Shown piece by piece: positions 25,787 through 38,644 of a stretch of 64,000 bases of DNA. The translations under genes were made by a program, and so were the position numbers. Source of the stretch: Octopus vulgaris (Eukaryota); assembly GCA_951406725.2 (NCBI GenBank), contig OX597819.1, positions 52,390,001-52,454,000 of the forward strand, written 5' to 3'. The stretch's first letter is position 1, and each line of letters starts with the position of its first letter. A model generated the notes under the pieces. The model saw nothing but the letters and a program-made list of their open reading frames with translations, had not been told where the DNA came from and ran no database searches.

Positions 25787-25940
25787 CAGCTAATGGTATA
25801 ATAATTATACAACGAGCTGTTTGAGTTAACTGCTTCAGATAAGGGAGAGCATCACAGAGCACAGAGGTATGTGCTACCAGATAAGGAGGGAAAATTGGTT
25901 GGTCAATTTCCAGGGAACCCTCTAGTTGAGACACTTCAGC
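25787..25940 (-). CDS. SMG5: SMG5 (EST1B) NMD factor, coding exon at the start of the PIN domain
   Basis: 154 nt, acceptor ...tttttcag|GCT and donor GCTG|gtaagc. Translates AEVSQLEGSLEIDQPIFPPYLVAHTSVLCDALPYLKQLTQTARCIIIIPLA+G, matching the recalled human SMG5 segment EVSQLEGSL...PYLVPDTQALC..LP..RQL...GRFIVIIP. Phase 0 in, phase 1 out. Confidence 0.93.
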
Positions 25941-26697
25941 CTGAAAAAAGAAAGAAAAGAGAGTTAAGGAAAATAAAATTTAAAAAAAAAGAAACAACTA
26001 ATAAAAGCAATAGTTATTACTATATAAATACCAGTTGAATACTGAGGTCAATGAAATTGACTGTCCCACTCACATAAAATTTCAGGTTTTGTTTCTATAG
26101 AAAAAATTACCATCATTATTATTATTATTAAGGCAGTGAGTGGCAGAAACATTAGTATGTTGGGTGAAATGCTTAGCAGTATTTAGCCCATTGCTACATT
26201 CTGAGTTCAAATTCTGCCAAGGTTGACTTTGCTTTCATCCTTTTGGGGTCAATAAATTAAGTATTAGTGAAACACTAGGGTTGATGTAATTGACTTATCC
26301 CCTCCACCCCACAAAAATGGCTGCTCTTGCAGTAAAGTTTGAAATTATTATTATTATTATTCAAACATGGCAGTGTCATTAAGAAGTCTGCTTTGCAAGC
26401 AAGTGGATTTGGGTTCAGTCCCACTGCATAGCACCATGGACAAGTGTCATCTATTAATGCCTTGGGATGGCCAATACCTTGTGAATTAATTTGATAGATG
26501 GAAACTATGTAGAAGCCCTTTGTGTTGTATGTATATGCAAATGTGTATCTGTATACTTGTACATATGCCTTTGCATTTATCTCTCAACACTTGACAGCCA
26601 GTGATGGTTTGTTTGTGTCTCCAAAATTTCCAACCCCTCCACTAAAAATTTCCAGTTCTTGTGCCTACAGTAGAAAGGATTATTATTGTTGTTGTTA

Positions 26698-26749
<52 letters not shown>

Positions 26750-26846
26750 CATCATCATCATCACAGCAGCAACAGTATGTTGCAGCCAATGTTCAACAGT
26801 CATGTTATGTATGAAATGTGATCTTTTGGTGCTAAGTTTGTATTAA

Positions 26847-28630
26847 CCCTTTTTAGACCAACCAAAACCCACTGAAAATTATTCCCCTTTATTCCTGGCC
26901 ATATCTGATTCCTCTGTGAAATCACTAAAAGAATAAACAAATCACATTACTGAATTCTTGTAGCCTAGAGATAATGTGAGATAAAGCCTTTCCTGCCTTT
27001 ATTCAAATAAAAATAACATGAAATTTTTGAGACTTCTTGCTGTCTTCAACATTTGAAGAGAAGTGTATATCTTAGTTGTTAATGATATGGCATCAGCAAG
27101 TAACGATTTTGACTTTGAGGGTTTTACTCTTGATGATGTAGAAAATATAAATGAAAACAACAGTGATTTGTCTTTGGATATATCATATTGAAATTTATGA
27201 ATCTTCATTTGTTGATGAAGATTTTGATAATGAAAGTGATGAAAATGACATTGAAAACATTATGGTAACATGATTGAAGATTATTTCATCAACCACAATT
27301 CCTGATTTCACAGAAAAGACTAGCTCATAACACAGTCTACCCTCTGATGCTCAACCATTGGACTACTTATTTTAATTTTTACCATAAAGTTCTTTTGAAA
27401 CTGTCGCGGAGGAAACAAATATGCTCGATGCATAATTTCTATTCGTGGAAGACTTGATCCACTATACTGCAGAAATGCAAGCTTTTTTTATTATAAACAT
27501 TATGTTTGGTATCAAGCAGCTTCCTCAACTGTGGACCTACTGGAATCCTGATATAAGGTATTGTGATCTATATATCTCCAGTATTATGTCTAACTATAGT
27601 TAATCCATATATTGTTTATGTAAAAAGCCACAAGGTATCTCCACCACCAAAGGACTATGACCATTTGAAATTTCAGGTTGACATTGCATCTCAGTTACAT
27701 AAGGGCTTTTCTTCCAGAAAGCACAGAACTTGGAGAGAAGCAAAATTAACGGAGGTGGATGTCAACAGAGAAAATATTGACTTCCATAAAGTGGAAAAAA
27801 TAAATGGAAGGAAAAAAGTTTACAGACTGTGTTTGCTGCAAAAAAGAAAAACTGGAAGAGCTCATGTATGTGTTCATTTTGTAAAGTGCACTTTGTGCAA
27901 TGGGTGCTTCAGACAGTTTCACGATAGAAATATGGCATAACTATATTTTGTTGTTTGATAGTAATATTATCATGTATTCCTTTCATTTTATTACAAATAA
28001 TAAGTGAAAGTGAGAAATACATATTAATTTTCAGTATCTTATACACCTGTATTCACCTTTGTCTCACCTGCTAATGAGCTTTTTTTTTATCAGATACATT
28101 CTGTTATGTAAATGTATTCATTAAATTGTATAAGAGTACATATCCAATAGTATATTGACTAGTAAAAGAGTTTTGTACTTTATTTACAATGAAAATGTTT
28201 GAATGAAATATAAAAAAAGAATAAAAATCTTGTACCAATTATATCTGTATTTTAATTAATTCAAATGAATGTACCTCATCTTGAAAAGTGGCAAAATTGT
28301 TAGCAGTTGACATCTGGAATAATTTTAGTAACAAATCAAACAGGAAGAATTTCAATTTTAGTGTTTATCCATAATGTTATTGCTTTTACATCTGTTAATT
28401 AAATTTACATGCCCATAAAAAGTCAAATTTAATTAGCAAGATCAGCTAGAATTACATAACTATAATCCACTGGTATATGAGCACCCACTGACAAAATTTC
28501 AAACTTGCATGTAAAAAAATTGACAAAGTTACAAGCAAATATTGTGGACACCCTCCTTGAACCTGAATAATTCAAAATAACATGAGCAAATAAGCATTAC
28601 ATTTGACAGATTAATCTGAACACTAAAGGG
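26847..28630 (+). mobile_element. piggyBac (PGBD4-like) transposon with internal deletion
   Basis: TTAA at 26843-26846 and 28631-28634, ends CCCTTT/AAAGGG. Acidic N-terminus, then PLDYLF..FETVAEETN and EMQAFFIINIMFGIKQLPQLWTYW, followed directly by the C-terminus VNPYIVY..HLKFQVDIASQL and Cys/His-rich RLC...CTLCNGCFRQFH (stop 27940). The DDD core is absent. Confidence 0.88.
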
Positions 28631-29285
28631 TTAATCTTTTTTAAAAATGCTTATCTTCTGATGGGTCAGGTAACCTAAATTTAATTTCCTACAAGTTCCG
28701 CAGCACCTAATACTACTACCACCACCATCATCATCATCATCATCAACCTCATTATATAAAATGGTGCATCAGAGAAATGAAAGATACACAGAAACAACAA
28801 TACCATCAACAACAGCAATAATAACACAATGAACAATTATGTTTGTTCTATATCTTTTTATATTCCTTTTTTAGTTATTTAATTCTTTCTATTTTTCTTG
28901 GATAAGTTCCTAGGACAAGAAACGAAGAATAAGGATTCTCCTAGTTAACTAATAAAGATATTTTATTTTTCATTTCAAGACCAAAATATGATGATGATGA
29001 TGATGATGATGGTGGTGATGGTGATGGTGATGATGATGATGGTGGTGGGTGGTACTGGCAGCAGCAGCAGCAGCAGCAATGACGACAATGTGTGTTTTCT
29101 GAATATTCTATGTCGCAAAGCAGTGCAACCGATTCTTGTAAAAAGTTGGTTTATTTTGCCATCACTAGATTATTGTTACAAGTAAGCAGCTATGACACAA
29201 AAGAATGTTGTGTTAAACGAGAGATAATTATCTCAAGAAAAAATGGTAAACTACACAACTGTATTCTTTGTTGGATTTCTTCTTC

Positions 29286-29329
<44 letters not shown>

Positions 29330-29653
29330 CATCATCATCATCATTACTATATCCCTCCCTTCCTCTCTCTTTCTCTGTGAAGAAATGCTATATATTTTTT
29401 ACCACTATACTTGTCTTAAACAACAACTTAATAAAACAAGTAGGCCTCTTCAATCACATTTTCAGCATCAACATCTTCACCACCATTACCATAAAGAAAA
29501 TACACAAAACAAGATATATATATGCACATGCACACACATAGATGTCTATATACATACACATATATATCGAGATATAGATACACATATACGTCTATATCGC
29601 TATAGAGACACACACACATATATATATAATGTTACAATGAAGAAATATATATA

Positions 29654-29696
<43 letters not shown>

Positions 29697-30118
29697 GAAC
29701 ATACATATAAAAATTAATAAAAAAGCAATAAAATACTAGAGTAAAAATTATCATCATTCTTCTTTCCACCCCGACCACAACAGAGAAATTTGGCAAATGA
29801 GGGCTCAATTTAGTCTTTCTTTGCAGCTGATATACACTTACATTTCATTTACAAGAGCTGAGAGAGGCCTGATGAGATTAAATAAATATATAAACACAAG
29901 ATAGCTATCTTGAGTTCCTGGCTGGCTGCCTGGCTGGCTGGCTGGCTGGCTGGTTGGCTGTCTTAGGGATACGTGAGAGGAGGCAGCAACAGATCAAACA
30001 GCATTTCTATCTCTTAAAGTACTTACTGAAGGTTGCAAGTTTATCATACATATAATGCGTTCATGCGTGTATACATGTATGTATATTAGATATGTATGTG
30101 TGTTTACATATACACATG

Positions 30119-30240
30119 TTTAAGTACATATAAGTATATACACACAATGTATATATGTGCATATATATACACATACATATATGTATACACCCACACATAT
30201 GCATTATATATGTATATATATATACACACACACTAACATA

Positions 30241-30286
<46 letters not shown>

Positions 30287-30545
30287 CATACATATTTAAG
30301 TACATATAAGTATATACACACAATGTATGTATATATGTATACACACACATGCATTATATATATATATATACACACACACACTAACATATGCATATATATA
30401 TGCACACACACACATGTTTAAGTACATATAAGTATATACACACAATGTATGTAGATATGTTTGTGTTTATATATACACATACATATATGTATACACACAC
30501 ATATGCATTATATATATATACATATATATACACATACATATATAC
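30119..30545. repeat. Tandem triplication within a TA/CA-rich tract
   Basis: TTTAAGTACATATAAGTATATACACACAATGTAT occurs at 30119, 30295 and 30417. Confidence 0.8.
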
Positions 30546-31334
30546 ACACATACATACACATATATACACCCATACACACACACAATGTGTGTGTGTGTGT
30601 GTGTGTGCTGTGGTTCTTGCTGTTGTTTCTGTAAGAGAAGAAGATTCCAACAGATCAGATTTCTTTCACTCATATCCTGCTGCTATCTCCTGTAAATCAA
30701 TGCCTGCTGGTCTCTCTATTAATGCCACATTTACAGACAACTTGATGTTATTAGAGATTCCTCATCTCCCCCACCCAGCCACCCACCCACGTCCCACACC
30801 CTCTCTCTCTATCTCTCTCTCTCCCACCCACCCTCACCCTTTTTCAGTTTCATCAAGGATATATGAAGGTTGGTGGTGGGAAGACGAAGTAGTGTCCTAT
30901 GTATGGTGGAAAAGAGAAGACTCACCCCCCACCCCTAACAAACAATCTCACAAAAACAACAAACTACAATCAATATATATAATTTATACTGCTGCTGCTG
31001 CTGCTACTAACTCACCCCCTCCCCCGCCGTGTGTAAAATTCAAGAAAGGTCAACAATTTAAACCACCATAATCACTGAAAGAGTATTCCTTTTGGTTTTT
31101 TTTACCTTTTTGTTTCTGTTTGTTTATAAAACAGTGTGTATGTGTGTGTGTGAATTTGGTTCTGGGTTTAATTCTATTGTACACTGCTTTGAGGAAAGTG
31201 CATTTGCTGCACCATATGCTCAGGTTAACCACAGCCTTCAGGAACGAAATTTGCAAGATTGAAAGGAACTTTGCAAAAATCCACTGCATTGGAGGATGTG
31301 GAGAACTCTCCTGTCAGAAATGATAGACGATAGG

Positions 31335-31610
31335 TAAGGGTTCTACAACTTCATGCTGAACAACCAGCACAGATATTTGTTTATAGAGATCAAATGTTTG
31401 TGCTATAAATTAGCTCACTTTCTCCGTTGAATCAACATTGCCTGTACAGGTGTAATGGTGCACTACATGTAAGATGTTGAAGTGATCAAGGAATGACATG
31501 AATTGAAGTGTTTTTGCTTAAGAGCACAATGCCCTTCCCAGTTTAGGATTTGAAACCATGATCTTGTGATTGTGAGTGTAACACCTTCTAAACACTAGGT
31601 CAGACACATT
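31335..31610 (-). mobile_element. tRNA-derived SINE family D
   Basis: Reverse-complement match to the 36215-36500 element (GTGAGC...AAACATTTGATCxCTATAAACAAAT..CTGTG). Confidence 0.65.
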
Positions 31611-31754
31611 CACACACGGGGATATATGTACTATATATTTAAACAGTGCAAAACCCTGCTGTGGATTAAATAAGCATATAAATCAATTCTGGGCATGTCT
31701 GTATGGTAAGATGCTTGCATCCCAAACACATGGTTCCAGGTTCAGTACTAAGCT

Positions 31755-31925
31755 TCCACATTTTGTAATTTCAATTTGCAGATTTGTATAGCGAGAAAGC
31801 TTTATGTATTCTTTTCTTGAGACATTTTGATCTTGTGGAACAGACATATCTATTAACAGACAAGTTTCTCTGTTGTAGTCCTTGATCACAATGTCTGGTT
31901 GATTGGAGTCAAATTTTTTGTCTGC
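31755..31925 (-). mobile_element. R4/Dong-type LINE, restriction-like endonuclease fragment
   Basis: KKFDSNQPDIVIKDYNRETCLLIDMSVPQDQNVSRKEYIKLSRYTNLQIEI, the PD..D..KE..K..Y pattern of REL domains; abuts an (AAT)n tract. Confidence 0.8.
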
Positions 31926-32144
31926 ATTATCATTATTATTATTATTATTATTATTGAATGAGAGAGCAGCGCATGCCATCAAAGTGACACTGGGATAAAA
32001 TATACAAAGCCCAGTATACCCATCATGACTACCTGTCTGAAAAGGATTATTATTATTATTATTATCATCATTATTATTATTACTACTGGCCTTGTGGAAA
32101 ATGTTGTAACTTTTATTATTGTTATTATTATTATAATTACTATG

Positions 32145-32405
32145 AAGGCAGTAAGCTGGTAGAATCATGATCATACTGGATAAACTGCTTAGCAGCTTCT
32201 AACTTCAAGTTCTGAGTTCAAATGCTACTGAAGCTGACTATGCCTTCGATTGTTTGAGGGTCGATAGAATAAGTAACAGTTAAGCACTGAGGTTGGTGAA
32301 ATAACTAACTCCCTCCCCTCAAAACTGCTGGCCTTGTGTCAAAAATTAGAAAGAAATCCTTATTATTATCGCCAGCCCCGTGCCAAAATCTGAAACCAGC
32401 ACCAA

Positions 32406-32438
<33 letters not shown>

Positions 32439-32661
32439 TATTATCATTATCATTATTCTGCCAGTTGGCAGTATCGTTAGCACACCAGGCAAAATGCTTC
32501 ATGGCATTTCATCCATCCTTATGTTCTGAGTTCAAATTCTTCCAAGATCAACTTTTCCACCCCTGGGATCGATGAAATAAGTACCAGTTGAGCACTGGGG
32601 TCAATGTAATCAACTTGCTCCCTCCCCCAATATTTCAGGCCTTGTGCCTATAGTAGAAAGG

Positions 32662-32665
<4 letters not shown>
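32145..32665 (+). mobile_element. Tandem SINE family B copies in (ATT)n
   Basis: Copies at about 32145-32350 and 32458-32665, plus a tail-only fragment, separated by ATT repeats. Confidence 0.75.
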
Positions 32666-32712
<47 letters not shown>

Positions 32713-34004
32713 GTTGTTGTTATTAAAAACTGGAAGTGAATTTTTTGTGGCCAAAATCTAGACATTCTTAGATCGTTGAAGAATTTTCACATCAAGTGTT
32801 TTGTCAGAAAAAATAACTGTAAATGGTTAAGTTCAGTACAGCTTAACATCAGTTCCAAGAAATGAGAATTGAAGATGAAGCATGTGAATTTGGCCTTAAA
32901 AGCTTCTTCTGAAATTTCTCTCTCTCTCTCTAAAACAAAAACTGATTTATTGTTTGCTTATTTTTTTTTCTCTTTCTCTGTATCTTTCTCACACACACAC
33001 ACACACAATTCCCCCCCCCCCCTGCAGATTCTTCTTTTCCTATCTCCCCTCATGTACACTTTCCAGCTCCTTACAAGTTCATTATTTAGTTGATATGTCA
33101 GTTGAAAAAGAGAAAGATAACAGAGGACAAAAGAATACAAAAAAAAAACCCAAAAAAAAACAAAAAGAAAAAAGTTAGATAAGATGTTATGGAAGAAGAA
33201 AAGCCCACAGTTTATGAGAACATTTACTTCCTTTCAACACTAAATTTGCTCCTACCCAGCAAAAATAAGCAGTTAAAAAATGGTATGAATTACAGGTTTA
33301 CAAAGAAAGTAGAAAAATACGATAAAATAAAATAAAAAATTCATTAAATAGAATGAAAAGTGATATTGGATTCTTATCTATACTACTATTTTTTTTCTTC
33401 TTTTCATCAGTTAGTTTTAGTAAGAAACTGATGGTCCAGAATAGTAGATGAGTGAGGAAGCTAGTCAACAGACAAAAATAGGTTTGTAGGAAAAAGCATT
33501 GAAGTCAATGTGCTATAGGTAAAAATTGAATCCTGGCTGCTTTTTTTTTCAATTCTGAACTCATTATTTGTTGTGCTAATTGTGCATACCCTCAGGTTTA
33601 GTGTTTATACAATCTGTTATATGAATCCAAGTGACAGAGGTCCAATGTGGAAACAAAGTTAAAATATGAACTTTAATGGACTGAAATGAATGATATCTGA
33701 ACGTGGTATCTAAAAGTCCAAGTAAATGCATCGTTTTTCAGCAGCACTATGATGAACTATATTTGTAGATAGGTTTGGACTGGAGACAACGATCTTTAAA
33801 AGCCTACTCTGGCAGTCTATGACATCGCTTGGTTAAGAGATGGAGCAGTACAAAAGGACACAAACAGCAACTGAAATATGAGATTTGAGAGGTACTGAAT
33901 GCTCAAGATTTGGTTAGTTGAAGTCCTCCAAATGGGAAAGAGATGAATTTATATCTAGGAAAACCAAACTCACCAGAAATACAGTTGGATTAGAAATAGA
34001 GTTG

Positions 34005-34303
34005 AAGGCGGCGAACTGGCAGAAACGTTAGCACGCCAGGCGAAATGCTTAGTGGTATTTCGTCTACCGCTACGTTCTGAGTTCAAATTCCACTGAGGTC
34101 GACTTTGCCTTTCATCCTTTCAGGGTCGATTAAATAAGTACCAGTTACACACTGGGGTCGATATAATCGACTTAATCTGTTTGTCTGTCCTTGTTTGTCA
34201 GCAAAGTCGGCACCAGGACAATTTGAACTCAGAAGATAAAGCTAGAAGAAATGCCACTAAACATTTTGTCTGGCATGGTAACGATTATGCCAACTCACCA
34301 CCT
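34005..34303. mobile_element. Adjacent inverted pair of SINE family B copies
   Basis: Plus copy 34005-34200 is directly followed by a minus-strand head 34201-34303. Confidence 0.8.
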
Positions 34304-34587
34304 TACTACTACTACTACTACTACAACTACTACTGCTGCTGAGGATGATCATGATGATGATGGTGGTAATGTTTCCAATTTAGAAGCAAGGCCTAATGTT
34401 TTGACACAAGGAAGTCAGTTGGCTAAATCAACCCTAGTGTATGACTGGTACTTCAGTTTACTGACTCTGGAAGGATGGAAGATAATGCCGAAACCATATT
34501 AGATTTAAAGTCAGATTGTTGCAAACAACCAGAATACATATGCAAGGCAGGTTGTCCAATGCTCAGACAATCTTGCTAATCCAGTGC

Positions 34588-34635
<48 letters not shown>

Positions 34636-34971
34636 GCAGGAGGAGGAGGAGGAGGGAAAGAGAGCATGTGGTACAAATAACCAAAGTATTAAACTCCAGT
34701 AGCAGAAGGAGCCAAGTAATATTGGTTTCAAAAGAATCACTAAAAGCATTTGCTCACAAGATTTTCCTGAATGTCTTTCTACTATCAGCTTGCAGAAAAC
34801 ACCAGAATCTTGTTAAGTGTGTGGTCGAGGAATCACAAAAGCACCATAGTGACCTCACTTCAAATGTCAAGAGGTAGGAAATATATATCTTATTACTGTT
34901 CAAGTCCTTCTGAACAGTGAATAATAAAATCTTGTACACTGGCAATACTTTCCAACCTCAGCTTTAAAAAC

Positions 34972-35025
<54 letters not shown>

Positions 35026-35214
35026 ACAACTAAGGCGACAGATCGGCAGGATTTCCAGAGTCCGACAGCATTTGACCTATCTCTTTACTGTTCTGAGTTC
35101 AAACCCTGCAGAAGTTGACTTTGCCTTTCATTTCAGCAAGGTTGATAAAATAAAGTATCAGAGTTGATGATATCAAGAAACCCCATCTGCAAAATTGCTG
35201 GCCAGGCCTTGTGC

Positions 35215-35256
<42 letters not shown>

Positions 35257-35263
35257 GATGATG

Positions 35264-35303
<40 letters not shown>

Positions 35304-35305
35304 TA

Positions 35306-35729
35306 AAAGAAAGCAAATTCATGGAAGATGGGACTCCATGCCCTACAGCGAAAAGGAATCATCAATGGCTGACTGAAAATGGGATCAAAAAGCTTCCTTG
35401 GCCGAACCAATCTCCTGGCATGAACCCAATTGAAAATCTTCGGAGCATACTAGATAGAGTTATACGAAAAACTCGACAGATACCTAAATCTAAAGATGAA
35501 TTGCTTTGATTGTTGCGTGAAAAGTGGGCAGAAATTCCACTAGGGACAATCACAAAGGTCATCAGTTCAATGCAAAAAGAGTTTCTGAATTAAAAACTGC
35601 AAAAGGAATGTCAACTAAATACTAAAGTATGTAGCCTTACCTATCGATTACATTTCAATTGTTTGCTTTGCATATTAAATAAAAGATTTCAAAAATTCAA
35701 GGTGTCTATTTACTTCCTGCATGTCTATG
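35306..35729 (+). mobile_element. Tc1-family (DD34E) transposon 3' fragment
   Basis: FMEDGTPCPTAK...WL...LPWPNQSPGMNPIENL..IL...W.EIP...I.K..SSM...KGMSTKY*, followed by a TIR-like end. Confidence 0.85.
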
Positions 35730-35759
35730 TATAGGCACACACACACACACACACACAGT

Positions 35760-36050
35760 GGAGGTGCGAGGCTCAGTGGTTAGGATATTCAGCTCACAAC
35801 TGTAAGGCTGTGAGTACTGGTGGTGTGATGTGTCCTTGAGCAAGACACTTTATTTCAAATTGCTCCAGTCCACTCAGTTGGCAAAAATTAATAGCACCTG
35901 TATTTCAGAGAGCCAAGCTTGTCAGATTCTGTTTCACACAATCTCCCTGAGAACTACATTAAAGGTACATTCCTGTGGAGTACTCACCCACTTGCATGTT
36001 AATTTCATGAGCATGGATTGGATCGACTGGAACCCTCATAATCAACAGAG
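35760..36050 (+). mobile_element. tRNA-derived SINE family C
   Basis: GGCTCAGTGGTTAGG head and TGTGTCCTTGAGCAAGACACTT conserved SINE-core-like motif; related fragment at about 15570-15720. Confidence 0.65.
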
Positions 36051-36214
36051 TACCAATTACACATACACATGCATGCATACAATGAGCTTCTCTAAGTTTC
36101 TACTAAATTCACTGAATTTAGTCGGGCCAGGGCTAAACTGGAAGATACTTCCCCAAGGTGCCAGCCATGCAGTACAACAAAATCCTAAACTATGTGATCA
36201 TGAAGCAAACTTCT

Positions 36215-36497
36215 TAGTGGTTAGGTTGTAGCACTCACAACTGTGAGATCATGGGTTTGATCCCCAGACTGGATGTTGCACTGTGTTCTTGAGTAAAGCA
36301 CTTCATTTCACATCGCTCTGCAACCATTTCGTCATATGACATATACCACACACTGCACCGGTACAGGTAATGTCAATTTGATGGAGGGAGTGAGCTTATA
36401 GCAAAACAAACATTTGATCACTATAAACAAATCATCTGTGTGGCTGTTTGGCAAGAAATTGCTGAACCCACGTGTCACCTAATTACAGGAAGGTCCA

Positions 36498-36500
<3 letters not shown>
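36215..36500 (+). mobile_element. tRNA-derived SINE family D
   Basis: TAGTGGTTAGG...GGGTTTGATCCC head and TGTGTTCTTGAGTAAAGCACTT core; second copy at 31335-31610. Confidence 0.65.
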
Positions 36501-36542
<42 letters not shown>

Positions 36543-37364
36543 TATATATGTATGGCTTTAAGCTGCTGCTCAACAGCACTTACATAGGTGCAAACCTCCT
36601 TTAGTACTTTTATCATTATTACTTAATTTTGTACTAATTTCAAATAATGAATCAATTGTTTTAGAGACACAGAATATGGTCGTGCATGGCAAAAGGTGTG
36701 TGCGGAAAGGTCAGAGGGAACACACTTATACACAACAGAATACAAAGAACAACAACAACAACAAAAGTAACAACTGAAACAAATAATAATCTTCAATCGA
36801 TGCAGATTACTTTATCAGACACTAAATGTCTTGTCTTGCTTACAAGCTAAATTATTTCCTTGATGGCATATAAAATGTACTGTAACTTCAGACAGTATAT
36901 TGTTGTAGTTGCTGTTGTTGTTGTTATTGTTAGAGGCAAGCAAGCACTCGCTAGCAATAAATAGAAAGATTTAATTAATCCATTCATAATGTGTTGAGTA
37001 GCTTGTTAATCTCCTTCAACTTTACCAATTACTTATGACACGGTGAGAGATCACAGTTATCATACACAAATTTTTACAGGTATTTATTTCACCACACACA
37101 CACACACACATGCATGAATATACACTCATACATACACACAGAGACACACACACATGCACAATATTGTTTCTTATGAAACTAGTGAGTGACCATTTGCTAA
37201 TATCATGTCTGTATAACATGCAGTTTCGAGGCTGCCACATGCAATATTCTAGAGTTGTTACTTCGTACAAGGCCAACTGTGATCAAAAAGAGCCATGGTC
37301 GAAAAGCTTTCCAGTCATGACTCTCCACATTTATTTTAAAACCTTAACTAGAACAACATTACTC

Positions 37365-37850
37365 AGTATCAAAATCGAAATCAAATTCGATGATTGGCAT
37401 CTGTGCTAGTGGAGTGCTAAGAGTACCATACGAGTGAGATCTTTGCCAGAGCAACAAGCTGGCCTCCGTACCGGTAGCACGTTAAAAACCCCATTCGAGA
37501 GTGATCGTTACCTGCATCACCCTACTAGCACTTGTGCTGGTGGCACATGAAAAAAAACATTTGAGCAAGGTCGTTGCCAGTGCCACTAGACTGGCTCCTG
37601 TGCAGGTGGCACATAAAAAGCACCATTTGAACATGCCAATACCACCTGACTGGCCCTCATACCGGTGGCACGTAAAAGCACCCACTATATTCTCGGAGTG
37701 GTTGGCGTTAGGAAGGGCATCCAGATGTAGAAACTCTGCCAGACCAGATTGGAGTTTGGTGCAGCCATCTGGTTTGCCAGACCTCAGTCAAATCATCCAA
37801 CCCATGCTAGCATGGAAAGTGAACATTAAACGATGATGATGATGATGATG
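37365..37850 (+). mobile_element. RTE LINE 3' UTR fragment
   Basis: Collinear and highly similar to 50490-50963 (AAATCGAAATCAAATTCGATG...GTGCTAGTGGAG...TTAAAxGATGATG). Confidence 0.85.
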
Positions 37851-38127
37851 TAATTTGAGGGAAGCATAGCTATCATTTCTAGTAAATCAAGTTATTTTGT
37901 AGAGTATTCCTTCTTAACTTGATGTGCTTGTGCTAACATCAAAAGTTCATGTTTCAGCTGCTGTACCTTCCAGCCATTCTTCAGGTTCCTGTTGTATTAA
38001 TTATATTCCAAGAATTTGGAGCCAAACCCTTTGGTAGATTCGTCTCATTTCATTGTCAATACCAACAATATTCTATTAGTTATTTATTCTCTTACTTGTG
38101 ATACTACTGTTTCATTCTATCTAAATC

Positions 38128-38169
<42 letters not shown>

Positions 38170-38281
38170 ACTACGATGTTGTTGGTAAAACATATTCTTT
38201 GTCTATCTCTTTATCCTCTTGGAGATTTTAGCTAAAATTATACTAATGTGTCCTCCTAATTTAATTAAATTCTATGTCTTT

Positions 38282-38375
38282 ATGCAGCTGAAGATTGCTC
38301 TACATTCTAAATTGATGTAATGAAATGATTGCATTGTTCAATTAAATGGAGTCGCACGAAACGATCGTACTGCAT
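38282..38375 (+). ncRNA. Type I hammerhead ribozyme motif with expanded stem II
   Basis: ATGCAG-CTGAAGA-ttgc..(63 nt)..gcac-GAAAC-GATC-GTA-CTGCAT. Perfect 6-bp stem I, both core boxes, palindromic stem III ACGATCGT, GUA triplet; the first stem II pair is T/C rather than G-C. Confidence 0.75.
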
Positions 38376-38644
38376 TACCTCTGGATATCCTTGTTGCTTA
38401 TTTTGATATATATATATATTGTTTGACCCAATGATTGAACTTATCATGCTCACCAGGTAAACTATATCATTTAACACTTGATCAATGTTTAATGATGATA
38501 ATGATAATCCTTTCTACTATAGACACAAGGCCTGATATTTTGGGGGAGGAGGCAAGTTGACTACATCGACCCCAGTACTTGACTGGTATTTAATTTATCA
38601 ACCCCAAAAAGAATGAAAGGCAACGTCGACCTCAGCAGAATTAG

